A stretch of DNA of 64,000 bases, from NCBI GenBank assembly GCA_039096225.1, contig JBBPEB010000014.1, forward strand, positions 1,550,001 to 1,614,000, in the 5' to 3' direction. This stretch comes from Blastocystis sp. Blastoise. Lineage: Eukaryota; Protista; Bigyra: Opalinata. The translations under genes were made by a program, and so were the position numbers. Shown in pieces: positions 1 to 20,657 of this stretch; position 1 is the first letter of the stretch; the number at the start of each line of letters is the position of its first letter. Below the pieces are notes generated by a model. That model was not told the DNA's origin. It saw only the letters and a list, made by a program, of their open reading frames with translations, and did not search any database.

Positions 1-92
1 TATATAAAAATATATAAAAATATATATAAAAATATTTAAAATTATATATATAAAAAAAAATCCTTAAAAATAAAATTGAATATAATAAGAGT

Positions 93-123
<31 letters not shown>

Positions 124-124
124 C

Positions 125-1320
125 TTGTAATTTTTCATGTTTCAGTCGTTCCTGTTCCTGTTCCCATTCACTTATATATGTACTTATTTTTGATTTCTCC
201 TGTTCTATCTTCTCTCTATAGAATAATAAATATAATAATAATAGAGTAAACAATAGTAATAACTATGATTTCTACATTTATAAACACTTTTAAATTATAT
301 AATAAATAATAAATAATAAATAATAAATAATAAATAATAAATAATAAATAATAAATAATAAATAATAAATAATAAATAACAAATAATAAATAATAAATAA
401 CAAATAATAAATAATAAATAATAAATAATAAATAATAAATAATAAATAATAAATAATAAATAATAAATAATAAATAATAAATAATAAATAATAAATAATA
501 AATAATAAATAATAAATAATAAATAATAAATAATAAATAATAAATAATAAATAATAAATAATAAATAATAAATAATAAATAATAAATAATAAATAATAAA
601 TAATAAATAATAAATAATAATATACTTATCATTCATTAAATCAATATCAATATTTGGATCTTTGCTTATTTTCTTCTGTATACATTTCTTCTTAGGAATA
701 TATACTTCTTCTTCTTCATCATCTCCTTCTAAATTAAATGATAATTTCTGAGCATGCTTATCTCTTAATTGATCTAATTTATCACGTGCATTCTTTCGAC
801 GAACTTCAAATCTATAATTAATTATAACACGTATAAATAAACTATAATAAAAATTTTTTTACGCTTCTTTTGATTTCGCTTTCTTTGCAGCTTTTTCATG
901 TTCTAGTTTTTCTCTTGCATTCCTATAATCTTCTACTGAATGTAGACCTACAGTTACCTTCTATATATTATAAGATAATTATAAAAATTATTTTTAAAAC
1001 TTGATTTTTATAATAAAACATATACAGCTAGATGATCCATCACAGAAAAATGACATTCTTTAAATTGCTCATTCAAAGGCTTGATCGAATTAGTGTACTT
1101 TTCATCAATCTCTTTCTTCTCTATACAAAATGTATATAAATATATACTCTATCTCCTTTTTAATATTAAAGAATAGCGAATTAAAGATAGATAAATAATT
1201 ACTAGCTTCAAATTCTTTGATTTGCTTTTCACGTTGTAAAGCCATCATCGCCGCTTCTTTCCCTGCAACATTACCCTCTTGTGTATAGATACCAGTATCT
1301 TTCTTGACTTCACTATTCAT
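125..1320 (-). CDS. FAM50: FAM50/XAP5-family nuclear protein; 5 exons visible, 3' end runs off the left edge
   Basis: GT-AG spliced translation MNSEVKKDTGIYTQEGNVAGKEAAMMALQREKQIKEF...VTVGLHSVEDYR...KLSFNLEGDDEEEE...KISKDPNIDIDLMND..E..EWEQEQERLKHEKLQ matches the FAM50 motifs VGLV, LSF, KNPDVDTSFLPD and EWEAKQEKIK. Confidence 0.85.
301..620. repeat. (AATAAAT)n 7-mer tandem repeat in a FAM50 intron
   Basis: Directly visible; it generates the spurious IIYYLLF ORFs. Confidence 0.95.
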
Positions 1321-1515
1321 TATGAAAGAGTATTATGAAATTTAAAATAACCAAATGAATTTCCAAGAATCTTCATTCATTCTTCCCTTTAAATTAATTT
1401 TCGTTCATTCTTCTTTTTCTCCAATATTAACATACCTAACAAATACTTATATGTATAGTTTTTGTTAAAGACTCTAGTAAATATTCATCACTTTTCAGCA
1501 AGACTGAATCAAACG

Positions 1516-1541
1516 AAAAAACTGTATACATACAGTTTTTT
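1516..1541. promoter_or_regulatory. Palindrome AAAAAACTGTA-TACA-TACAGTTTTTT in the divergent FAM50/kinase intergenic region
   Basis: Perfect 11-bp inverted repeat; the half-site TACAGTTTT recurs upstream of other genes. Function is inferred. Confidence 0.4.
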
Positions 1542-1653
1542 TTAAATCAAATTATATACACTCAAATATCAAAGTCTAATCGATCTTGAGTTGACTTTAT
1601 TCTACATCTAGAATTCACTTTAAATTGATTATTATAGAACAGCGAAATAGAAC

Positions 1654-2822
1654 ATGGACAATAATCAAAATGTATTTATTCATTAATATATTTATTATAT
1701 GTGCCAAATTTAGGTTGCTAACATCAGAAAAGAAATAAATGACCTGATGAATGATGATCAACTATACACCTTCCAGATCAGTTTTTGTATATTCGTCGTT
1801 TCTATTTGTTATTCTCTTAATTTATGCTTTATTTGTCGAGACCAATAATATAATGTATAACTATTCATTTTTATAGCATTTTATCACGAGAGTTGGTATT
1901 TTTATACAGTTGGTATACGTTATCCTATCGTGAAGAATAATGATACTGAGTTTATTATTGTTTATTTGACATTTTACACCAATTTTATTGTCAAAACACA
2001 GTTTTGTATCAAGATTTTACCATTGAATCAATATACAAAGTTTGATACATCTACTGGTGTCTATGATGACTCTGGATATGTAGTTCCTAATGTCATGTCA
2101 CAAATTAATAATGTATGATGATAATTAAAATTCTTTTTACTTTTTTTAACATTTTTTTTTTACATAAAATGTATTTAATATATATCCTCTATTATTCAAG
2201 GAAGAAACATTAATTCAATTATGTGAAAAAATTCGTAAAATGATTCAAAATTATTATCCTTTTTATATCCCGTATATTTTTATATTTTATTTATATATTT
2301 ATATATTTATATATTATTAAATTTTTTTTTATTAAATTTTTTTTTATTTACATATGAATATGTATGTCATGTTTAGTTATATATTTTTTATTTCTATATT
2401 ATTATATATATAGTATGAATCCACCAATGAAGAGTGTTCTGAATTCCTCACTTCACTCCACTTTACAAGAATTTAATGCACTTCCAAAAGAACTTACTAA
2501 TAATAGTATATATATATATATTCATAGAATTCTTATTATATATATATATATGTATTTTCTTTATTTTCATGATATCGAATGAGTACTTTATTTATTATAT
2601 TCATTTAAACTATTCTAAATAATCTATATTATAATAGATATATAATTAGTTATTAAGATTATTAATATAAATCGTGAATTATTATATATCTCATTTATAA
2701 TAATATTTATATGATGTAATATATATATATATAGTTACATTAATACCATGGTCTCAATTAATTGGTGTTCAAGATATGGGGAAACAGGGAAACTTCGGTG
2801 CTGTGTCGAAGGCGTATTTTTA

Positions 2823-2861
<39 letters not shown>

Positions 2862-3379
2862 ATGTTCTAATTTAAAATAATATATACTTTTGTCATCATC
2901 ATACTTTGCTATTTTTATTTTTAGATTATATATTATTATTATATATTATTATTATATATCATTATTATATATATATTATATATACCAATAGTACATGGAA
3001 TAATGTAGATGTATGTGTCAAATTACTCAAAGAGATTCCCACGGGAAAAGCATTAGAGCGATTTATTCGAGAAGTGACCATTCAGTGCTCTATAAAAAAT
3101 GAACATTTAGTTCATGTATATATATATATATTACTTTTTATCATTACTTTTTTATTTGTTTCACATATTTAGTTTACTTCTATTTTATATTTATTTTACT
3201 TATTAATCTTATTCATTATGTTACAGTTATAATTAATATTAGTATACTTATTCTATTCATGATTATTTACCTAGGCTTATGGTATTAGTGTATCTCCTGA
3301 AGGTAAATATGCGTTAATTATGGACTACGCGTCACAGGGAACACTTGAAAACTACTATGCAAGTCGTCTGTAAAGATAT

Positions 3380-3411
<32 letters not shown>

Positions 3412-3530
3412 GAGGTGTAGAGTTACCTATAGATGATCGTAAGAAGTTGATGGTACAAGTCGTAGAAGGACTTCAATTCCTTCATTCTAATCATATTATT
3501 CATAGAGATCTTAAAGTATATATATACATA

Positions 3531-3565
<35 letters not shown>

Positions 3566-5013
3566 TATTAATATTATCTTTGACTATTGTAGTTTTACTT
3601 TCATTTTTGATATAAATAACAATGATTATCATAATTATAATCATATCAAAATTATAATATAAATATACTTATTACTCTATATAGCCAGATAACATTCTTA
3701 TACATAATAATAATGCTTATATTTCTGATTTTGGTCTTGCACGTACAGTCAATATCAATTTACATATGACAGGATTCTGCGAGAAATTTCAGTATATATA
3801 TATATATATATAATTATATATATTTCTATGTACATAATATATGTATATTAACTATATATACATAGTGGTGCTCCAGAAATCATAGAAGGGAAACCTTATG
3901 ATTATAAATGTGATATATATTCATTAGCTTTTGTTCTCTATTATATATGGACTGGATCTTCCATGCTAGATCATGCTTCTGTTCCTAAAGATGTATATAT
4001 ATAATAATAATAATTATTATTATTATAACTATTATAATTATAATCTTATTATAATATATTTTTTTAAATATATAAAATTATTAAAAAAAACATTTATTAT
4101 TAAAAATAATTCTATATGTATATAATTAATATTTCAAATATAAATATGAAAGATTAAAATATAAGTGAGTATTATATATATATATGTTTATATATATATA
4201 GATGATACCCTCATTTAAACGGGATAATTATTTATTATTTGATATTGATGATTCTCTTCCTCTATGTATATACATATATATATTATTATTATTATTATTA
4301 TAATTCTTTTAATAATAATAATATATATAGCATTAAGTAATGTTTTACATGGATGTTTAAATTATAATAGTCGTCAGAGACCTGAATTAAAAGAAATATT
4401 AGATGCTATATATCTTATATCGAATAATGATAATCAATATAGAATTAGTAAAAATTTAATTATTGAACAAGATGTTCATCATAATCTTTCAAAAAATCCT
4501 AATGATCCTATATATATAAGAATGAAAATGAAAGAAACATTAAATGCTAAGCAAGAAGATTCTTCTAATAATAACTCATTTTATAAAATGGGTGTGAATT
4601 ATGAAGATCAATTGAGAAATGAACAAAATACCTCATTTTATCTTAATCATCAACAAAATCCACAATCGAAAATGCGTAATATTAATCATAATATATCTGA
4701 ACCTAGTTTCTCATCAACTACAGAACAAATTATGTCAAACGACAAAATTAATAATAAAGATTCAAAAGAAATATGGAATTATCAACAATCTACTGTACAG
4801 TGTAATCCCAAGTCCGTTTTACAACCTCCTACTATATTCTATAATCATAACGATCACGACGATGAACGCACGAAGCTACTTCAAGAAAATCATATTTCTC
4901 CTACAGATAATGTCTATAATGCTAGTGAATTAGAAAAATCAAGCTCAAAGAACCAAACTAAGAACCGTAATAAAGGTGAAACATTAAATAAGAACTGCTG
5001 CAATACATTTTAA
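1654..5013 (+). CDS. TKL-like protein kinase with N-terminal UEV-like domain and C-terminal CCNTF (possible CaaX)
   Basis: Spliced exons give GKQGNFGAV, VCVK, FIREV, HRDLKPDN, DFGLAR, APE, DIYS and RQRP; the final exon is ORF 4264-5013. Confidence 0.85.
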
Positions 5014-5435
5014 CATTTTGAAAATCTTCAACTTGCTCTTTTATAAGCCATAAAATCTGCTATTTATATCTATACTCTCAGTAGAATGCTTATTCACTAT
5101 GCTATAAATGCTATAAGTATTCATTTCAATAATTGTCATTCACATTTAAACTCTCTCATTTTTTAAAAATTTCTTTTATTTTTATTTCATTATTATAATA
5201 TTAATTCATTTGTATTTTTGTTAAATGTATTATTCATTCATTAAGAAAAAGAATTAAAGTTCAATAAATGACTTTTAAATTATGAGTGTTTTTTTACAAA
5301 TTACCACGAAACTATTGCATTCAACTATGGGATCCCGTTTTTTGTTTGGATGGTTGGAAAATGACAAGGGAAGTGTAATGGAAATTAAAAAAAATGAAAC
5401 ACATATACATTTCACATTAAATTATCTAAATAACT

Positions 5436-6334
5436 ATGGCTGATCAAACAGTTGCTATTCCAGAGACTTCTCCTTCCGTAGAGAATGGAATTTCTGATAA
5501 GAAGAAACAACGTCTTAATATTACTATTTCTGCAATTAGTAACTTGAGCATTGGATACAACCTCTGTTGTATTAGTCTTGTTTTAGATATTATGGGTGAC
5601 GCCTATAATACTGATATAACTACTAGTAAGAATTACATGGCTGCTGCTTGTTTTGCAGGCGCTATTCTTGGTCAACTTACTTTTGGTTATATTGGTGATG
5701 TCATTGGAAGATCCAAAGGATTATATCTTACACAAATCTTATCTATTATTGGTGCTCTCGGTAGGTATGTAATGTAGATCTTATTTATTTATTTTTATTT
5801 TATTATATTTCATTCTTTATTGGTTTTAAATATTTATTTATTTTTATTTTTATTTATTGTATATTTATTTGATTAATTTTGAATACTATTTTATGTTTAT
5901 ATATTTTCCTAGTGCTGCATCATGGGAATGGGGTGTATTATCTCCTTTTATAATGGTTTCCTTTTGGAGATTTATATTAGGTATAGGTGTTGGTGGTGGT
6001 TATCCTTTATCTGCTGTTTTAGCTACAGAATCCAGTCAATCACAATCTAAAGGTTTTGTTGGTGCTTTTGTATTCTCTATGCAAGGATTAGCTGTTGTAG
6101 TCGTTCCTTTAACGATGTATATATTATTATTATGCTTCCAAAATGTAGACAATCAATATCTTTGGGTATACAGACTTGCTCTTGGTATATTCTTATATGT
6201 ATTGTGTTTATATGTTTATATATTTATTGTGTTTTTATGTTTATTGGGTTTATATGTTTATTATATGTTTATATTTATTATGATTATTTGTTTGTTGTAC
6301 TTATTATGTTTATTATTTTATTAACTTATTATGT

Positions 6335-6371
<37 letters not shown>

Positions 6372-6461
6372 TCTTGGTGCTCTTCCTGGATTAATTACAC
6401 TTCCATTTAAAACACATGAAACTTCTAAAAAGTCACCCACACCTACTCCTGCTGAAGAAAA

Positions 6462-6512
<51 letters not shown>

Positions 6513-6765
6513 CATAGGATAATAAATATTATTATATATTATTATTATTATTATTTAATATACTATATATATTTGATCACTACTATTATATATATTATTA
6601 TATATTATTATTATTATTATTTAATATAATATATATATTTGATCACTACTATTATATATATATATATATATAGCTCCTTCTGTTTGGTCCCTTCTTCGTC
6701 AATGGAAATATCTCTCGAAATTAATCGGAACAATGGGCACTTGGATGATGGCAGATCTTGTCTTC

Positions 6766-6819
<54 letters not shown>

Positions 6820-7060
6820 TATTATTTATATATTTTATTTATTTAAAATTAACACAATCGTATATTTATTAATATCTATTCCTTTATGATTCAATATATA
6901 TATATATATATATATATTATTATACTACTCTATCTATTCATATATCTACTTCTACGGTACTCTTATATTCTCTTATGTAGTTATTCACCAAGTATTCGGA
7001 GAACACGAAACGCATATCGATACTGCCCTTCATCAAACTATACTTGCTCTTATTGGATTA

Positions 7061-7099
<39 letters not shown>

Positions 7100-7122
7100 T
7101 ATATATCTTATATATATCTTAT

Positions 7123-7181
<59 letters not shown>

Positions 7182-7366
7182 TATATATTTCTTGTCCTAT
7201 TGGATTACCTGGATATTACATCGCTTGTTTCTTAATGGATAAAACAGGAAAGAAAATATTACAACTTCAAGGCTATTTCTTTGTATGTATTATATATCTT
7301 GTTATTGGTCTTCTGATGGGAACTGAATTACCTCCTTTTATACTCCTCTTATTGTATATATATATA

Positions 7367-7411
<45 letters not shown>

Positions 7412-7945
7412 CATCTTTCAAAATACTATATATATATATATAGATATGGTTTATCATTCTTCTTCTTAAATGTCGGTCCTAATACAACTGCTTTCCTTCT
7501 TCCTTCTTCTACTTTTGAACCTGAAGTTCGTTCCACGATGAATGGTATCTCAGCCGCTGGCGGCAAATTTGGAGCTGTCCTTGGTATATATATATATATA
7601 TATTATTTTCTATATACATTATTATTATTTATATTATTACTTATCAACATAAAACCATATATTTCTAAACATAACTATTATATAGGTACTTTTGTTTTAC
7701 CTATTATTCAAGATCAATATGGTTCTGCTGTCGTATATATTCTATAATTATTTTATATATATAAATTTCTAATTTTTAAAAAATAGATTATGTATATATG
7801 TTCCGGTTGTGCTCTTCTTGGTTTCTTATTAACTTATTTCTTTGTTGATAATGATTACACATTCTCTTGCAAAAAGAACAAAGAAGAACCTCTTATTCAA
7901 GCTGATGCCGAATCAGTTACTCAACCTATTCTTGAACAACAATAA
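5436..7945 (+). CDS. PHO84/PHT1-like MFS phosphate:H+ symporter
   Basis: GQLTFGYIGDVIGR, RFILGIGVGGGYPLSA, LIGTMGTWMMADLVFYG, LIGLPGYY, NVGPNTTAFLLPS..F...VRSTMNGISAAGGKFGA. Three internal junctions are non-canonical (see findings). Confidence 0.9.
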
Positions 7946-8197
7946 ACTTTATAAGTTATCATAACCTCAAACATATATATATCTATATATTATGTGTTTT
8001 CTTGAATATATTCAGTTGAATTTCTATACTTCTTGTGTTTTTTATTTATATACAAAATTTTCATTCTCGTTTTTCAATTCCATAAGATGTCTCAACTCAT
8101 TTTTCTTGATTAACATTTAGTCCATAAAAACTTAAAACGACGAAAAACAAAAATAAGTTTTCTAAAAGATATTTTTTCATTTTTTGCTGACGTCTTC

Positions 8198-8800
8198 ATG
8201 ATCATGATGTCTTTAACAAGCCTATTTCAATACATATTATTTGTATATACTTCAAATACATCTTCTGAATTAAAATTTAGTATTATCCGTTTATTGTCAA
8301 TGCAGTTGTTGTTTCCATTCTCTCAGCTTCTGCAGATATCTGTGCTCAATTTATTGAGGAAAGTATGTACACTTAATGGCTCATTTCATTTTGTAGGTAT
8401 ATCATTCAGAGACATTAATTGGAAACGAGTTCGCAAATATTTAGTATTTATTTATCATTTCCAACTTTTCTTAGTTTTAATATATATAATGATATAGTCC
8501 TGGGGATTTATTAATGGAATCTGCTCTTCTTTCTGGTATATTCGTTGTTAATCTTCTCTTTTTTTAGTTTTTATTAGGCTTATGTTTTTGAATTTTATGA
8601 TCCCTGGTCAAAACTATATAAAGAACATTGGAAAAGTTGCTATAGACCAAGTATATATATATTTTTTTAATATATGTATTTCATTTTTTTTTATATTTAT
8701 TAAATAAATATATATATATAGCTTTTATATGCTCCTGTAATTAACTTTGTATTTTTAAGTTATTGTAATTGGTACGATGTATGTTTATTATTATCTGAAA

Positions 8801-8888
<88 letters not shown>

Positions 8889-9337
8889 TGTTTATTATTT
8901 CTATTTTTATTATTATATACAGAATATTAAAACCAGTGTTTTCCCTAAATTAAAACAAATTTTAGTTGTAAGTTATTTCATAATAATAATAATAATAATA
9001 ATAATTATATATATATAGGTTAATTGGTGTGTTTGGCCACTTATTCAAACCGTGAACTTTTATTTTATTTATGAACAAGTATTTGATATGATTTTTACTT
9101 ATAAATATTTATTTTATTTATTTTTATATTTTATTATTATTCTATATATATATATATAATTAGTATCAAACAATTGTAATTGGAATATGTAATTTTATGT
9201 GGACAATTTTCTTATCTATAAATGAATCATCAAAACCTGTAGAAGCCAATAAAACAAAAGATATTGAGACACAATCCACCAAAAATGAAACGGTTACTTC
9301 TGAAGAACCCCAAGAAAAAGAATCACTTTTACATTAA
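8198..9337 (+). CDS. Mpv17/PMP22-family membrane protein
   Basis: Spliced PFIVNAVVVSILSASADICAQ...INWKRV...KVAIDQLLYAP...NWCVWPLIQTVNF...WTIFLS; all junctions GT-AG. Start ATG uncertain among 8198/8204/8207. Confidence 0.85.
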
Positions 9338-9658
9338 GTAAAACATATAATATACATAAACTAAACTGTTTTATTTAAATAATATTTATTTATATAGTTA
9401 TTTACTATTATTACTTTTATATAATTATTTAAAATTATTTTATGTTTTTATTATATAAGTATTATTATTGAAATTATATTGTTCTTCATATTAATTATTT
9501 GCATTCTTTTTTATTGTCAAAAGAAATTAATATATATATTGTTATCGTTAATAAAATTATCTTTATTAAAAAGAAACATTTTAAAAAAATATATATAAAT
9601 ATATATAATGAAGAGAATAAGAGAATATTTATAAACAATAATGAGAATGGAATATATT

Positions 9659-11688
9659 TTATTGATCTAATGTATATTGTTTTGCTTCTAATTCTAATGT
9701 AATAAGATCTAAATCGATATTATCCTTTTTAATCTCATTTTTATATAAATACTATATATAAAGATTTTTAGTCATATATAAATATTAATATTATTATATA
9801 TATACATCAATTTCATTTGAATATTTCATAAAGAAATCTTCAGGAAGTGTCTATATATATTTATTATTATATTATTAAATAAGTATATATATATATATAT
9901 ACCTGTACCCAATAAAGAAAAGGATTAATGAATAGTTTATTATATATATATTTAGAATCACTATGTTCAAATATATTTTGAATCTAAATATATATGTATA
10001 TATATATATAATATTATAATCAAAATATATAATAAATAAAATATTCTAATCAATATATATAATAAAAATAAATAAAATAATATAAATAATAAAATAAATA
10101 ATAATAATATATATCAATAAATATATATATACTTCTAATAAACACTTTAGAATTCTCCTTCTTCCAAGTTTATATATACATATTAAATCTTTAATACATA
10201 ATTTTGCAAATGCATATTTTCTTATATATGGATATATACAAACACGCTTAATAAACGTTAATAAAGAGGATTTGAGGGATTCACAGGGGGATAAATAACA
10301 TAATGTGGGGGATAAGATATAAATCGTCCAATTAGATTCAACAGATGGATCACTCTATATATAGAATAGTATTATTCTTATGAAATATATATATATATGG
10401 AGAGACAAAAAAAATGTAATGTAATAGAATATAGAAGAATAATAATATATTCTATATAATTATTTATTATGAATCAATACATATAAATTCTATTAATATA
10501 TATATACTTGAGTGAAACGTGTATCATATATATAAGCTAATAATATTTCACTAAGCATTCGTACATGACGATCTATGTCCTTCTCATTCATTTGTACAGA
10601 AACTGGCTTTATTTGACTTAATTTCTTCTTCTCGTCAGATGTAAAACTGCATGTTTCTGAAGTTTCTTCTTTATTTTCATTTGAAGGTAAAGCAGGTAAC
10701 TATATTATAGGGATATAGTGAATTGATTCTTCTTATTATTATTATGATTATTTTATTGTAGATTTTAAAAATTTATTAATATATATATATTGTGAAATTT
10801 AATTGAATAGGTTGAATTACAGGTATTGTTTTTTGTATATATGATTCAATAGCTATATATATATATATATATAAATGGAATAAAAGTTCAATATTCTTAG
10901 ATAGATATACGTGTAACAGTAGTTGTTGATATAGTGTTAGAATTGTGTTTCGGTTCTTGAAGTACCTCCGAAGAACATGGTTCTCCATTTTCTTCGATAA
11001 CTGTTATTAGAGGTTTTTTTGACGGTTTTTGATCTTGTTCTGATATAGTAGTATTATTAATATTATTATTATTGTTATTATTATTATTAGAAACATTAGT
11101 AATAGTAGATTTATCAATAGGAGTATTAACAGATATAATTGAATGAATATCTTTATTAGAGATAGAAGCCTTTGGAATAGTATTCTCATTTTCTGGAATA
11201 GTATCATTATCAGGAGAATCAACAGGAATAACTAATTTATTTTGTGATTCTTCCCCGTGGTTTTTTTCATTCTCTTTTTGTTTCTTTTGTTTACGTATAT
11301 ATCGATCGGCAATAGTCCAGTGAGGTATATATTGTAAATAATAAAAGAAACAAAAGTATAGTATAAGAATAGTATAAGAATAGCATAATCAATATGTATA
11401 TGTCAAATAATAATATAATAATATAATAATATAATAATATAATTATATAATAATATAATAATATAATACTATAATATCTAGTTATCGGTTCAGTATTATT
11501 AGTATATATAAATAAGATAATATGATTAATAATAATACTGACTACATAGGAATAAGTATATTAATATATATATATATATAGGATATCTTTAGCTTCTTGA
11601 TATAGATAATCTTCATCATCTATATAATTCTGCATATACATATCGGGATCAAACGAACGAATCTCTTCCTCTTCACGTATAGCTATAT

Positions 11689-11745
<57 letters not shown>

Positions 11746-12956
11746 TGAGATATTATTATTATTATTATTATTATTAATAATAATAATAATAATAATATTT
11801 GCAATTCTCATTATAATAATAGGTATACTCAGAGTGTATGAAGATAAACATATATAGACTGATATCAATAATAATAATAATAATATATATATATATACAA
11901 TTACGTTCTTGTTCTGTCATATGTTCTGGGTCGGGTAGTGACGTGAAATCAGATAAATCATCCTATATATATAATCATATACATATAATAATAATAATAA
12001 GAAGAAATATCATTATTAATATATATATTAATATAGTATATAAGAGGGAAAATAGTATATATATACATATAAAGCAGTGAAAACACTATGAAATTCATTA
12101 TTAAAACCATACTGAGTATTTTCTAAGGAGTCACTACTAACTATATATAGAATAATATATAGAATAATATATAGAATAATATATAGAATAATATATAGAA
12201 TAAGAAAAAAAAAGTAGTTAAAAACAATAATATATATATACTATCTTGTTCTATATTTAATAAATCTTTATTGATAATAATTTTCTTTTTATCAGAAGCA
12301 TTTTCACTAGATTCTAATGATTTTTTGTTCAGTTCTTGTTTATCCAATAAAACATTTTCTTTTTTTAAAAAATCTTCAACTTCATTTTCAATATCTTTTA
12401 CTTCACTTATCAATTCACTAGATATATAATCAAAGTAAAATAGTAATTTCATATAACGTTCGTAATATATCATAATAAAAAAAAATATTACCCTTTTACT
12501 CTATTGATTTTTGTAGGAGGTAATAATCGAGAAAATAAATCTAGATCAGGAAAATATTGTTCTTTGTTTTCCTTAGGTACGTGAACAATCATCGTTCCAT
12601 TTTCCTAAGTAAAAAATAAATATGTTTTCGAATTCATATAAATATATATATATATATATTCAAATACATTTTCTAGATCGTAGGCAGCCTTAGCTCGTTC
12701 ATCATCGACACATGAAAAAGGAAAATGAAGCTTTAATAAGTAAGGTTGACACCAAAATGAAAAATCTTGACCATCAATAACAAATTCCATATTACTTACT
12801 TTAACCTATCGTGTCTATAATACAATTTAAATGTATATATATACCCAAGGAACATGAATTTCAAGTATAACATACTCATCATCCTATAAATAATAACCAG
12901 AAATTCAGTTACTAATTATATACCTGAGAAATAGAGAATTTAGGAGTTAATGGCAT
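9659..12956 (-). CDS. SHQ1: SHQ1 H/ACA snoRNP assembly factor
   Basis: MPLTPKFSISQ...VPWVKVS..EFVIDGQDFSFWCQPYLLKLHFP (CS domain), YGFN, FDPDMY, YDTRFTQSDPSVESNWTI..LSP, R...YPYIR. Confidence 0.9.
11334..11586 (-). other. U12-type AT-AC intron in SHQ1
   Basis: Donor ATATCCTA, acceptor TATTTAC. Removal gives in-frame QEAKEYIPHW; I found no GT-AG alternative. Confidence 0.75.
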
Positions 12957-13073
12957 TTCTATAAGGACTTTATTTGAAAAAAGAAACGACTGAAGGATGA
13001 AAAACAAAAAGTCTGAAAAAAATTCAGTCCATGTCTGAATTGTTAAACATATAGATAACGTTTTTCTTTAAGA

Positions 13074-16151
<3,078 letters not shown>

Positions 16152-16628
16152 ATATATTATTCGAGAAATTCACTTAGTTTTATACTTTATAATATTTAAC
16201 ATCATTTCTTAACATAAACGACACGTTTTAAGCAAGTTTATGACCCAAATACTATGAAACCTAAAACTGTTCATCAATTATTCAATACGTTAATGAAGAT
16301 AATAATCTCTCCAAATCATCTAAATAACTCTTAAAGACATAAACCAATTTTTAATATAGATTATAAAAAATGGCATCACACGTCATGAATAAACCTCATA
16401 CACCTACTGGACACATCTTTGTTTTGCTTGTATTACTTGATTCTTGTGTTCAATCATGAGTTTTGGTTTACTTACTAGCTTTTATTTAAAATAGTAAAAA
16501 AAATTCTAAAAAACTGAATATTTCAGAATTACTCTATTTATGTTTCTTTTTTCCCATGTTTATGAAAAACGTCTACAGTTTTCAATTTGGAAGATTCTCC
16601 AAACAATAAGATTTAGACCATCTATGCA

Positions 16629-20150
<3,522 letters not shown>

Positions 20151-20657
20151 ACAGTATACTTCAATTTCTATATTGTTTCTTTTATTCACAAGTATATTAA
20201 TAAAATATCATCTTGTTATTCTATTCTTTTCAACTTTTTTCCTTTCTTTGTTTTAATATTATGTTTCTATTTTATTGTATACATTTTTTGGATTTTTCAA
20301 GTATATACCTGTTCACATTATGTCTTTTATTTTCTTCGTTATACTTTTCTTATACTATTCAATTATATTCATATTGTAGTATTTAATAATTCATATATAA
20401 ATAAGATTCTAAACAATTATATACACTACAGAATGAAATAATATATGACATGATACATATATAAAAATTAGAAAATGTTTACAAAAAGAATTATAAACAT
20501 ATTTCGTATATTAAAGATATCAAAAAGTGTAAAATAAAAACTATACAGAAAAAAGAACTAAAACATACAAAAAAAAATAGATAAAAATCGCACAAACTAA
20601 ATATATAGTTAGGTTTATATATATAATAAGAATAAATATATATATAATGAATTTATT

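Noticed and set aside
216-636. Low-complexity ORFs here and elsewhere (poly-Y/I/L, YIYI, FIYL, IIYYLLF)
   Set aside because: They are translations of intronic microsatellites or off-frame readings of poly-Asn tracts.
3371-3373. Apparent in-frame TAA in the first kinase (possible pseudogene or recoding)
   Set aside because: A GTAAAG donor one base upstream removes it and restores SRL|GVEL.
10709-10822. Possible ATATAT donor at about 10790 in SHQ1
   Set aside because: An in-phase canonical GTAATT donor lies 30 nt upstream, so a non-canonical site is not required.
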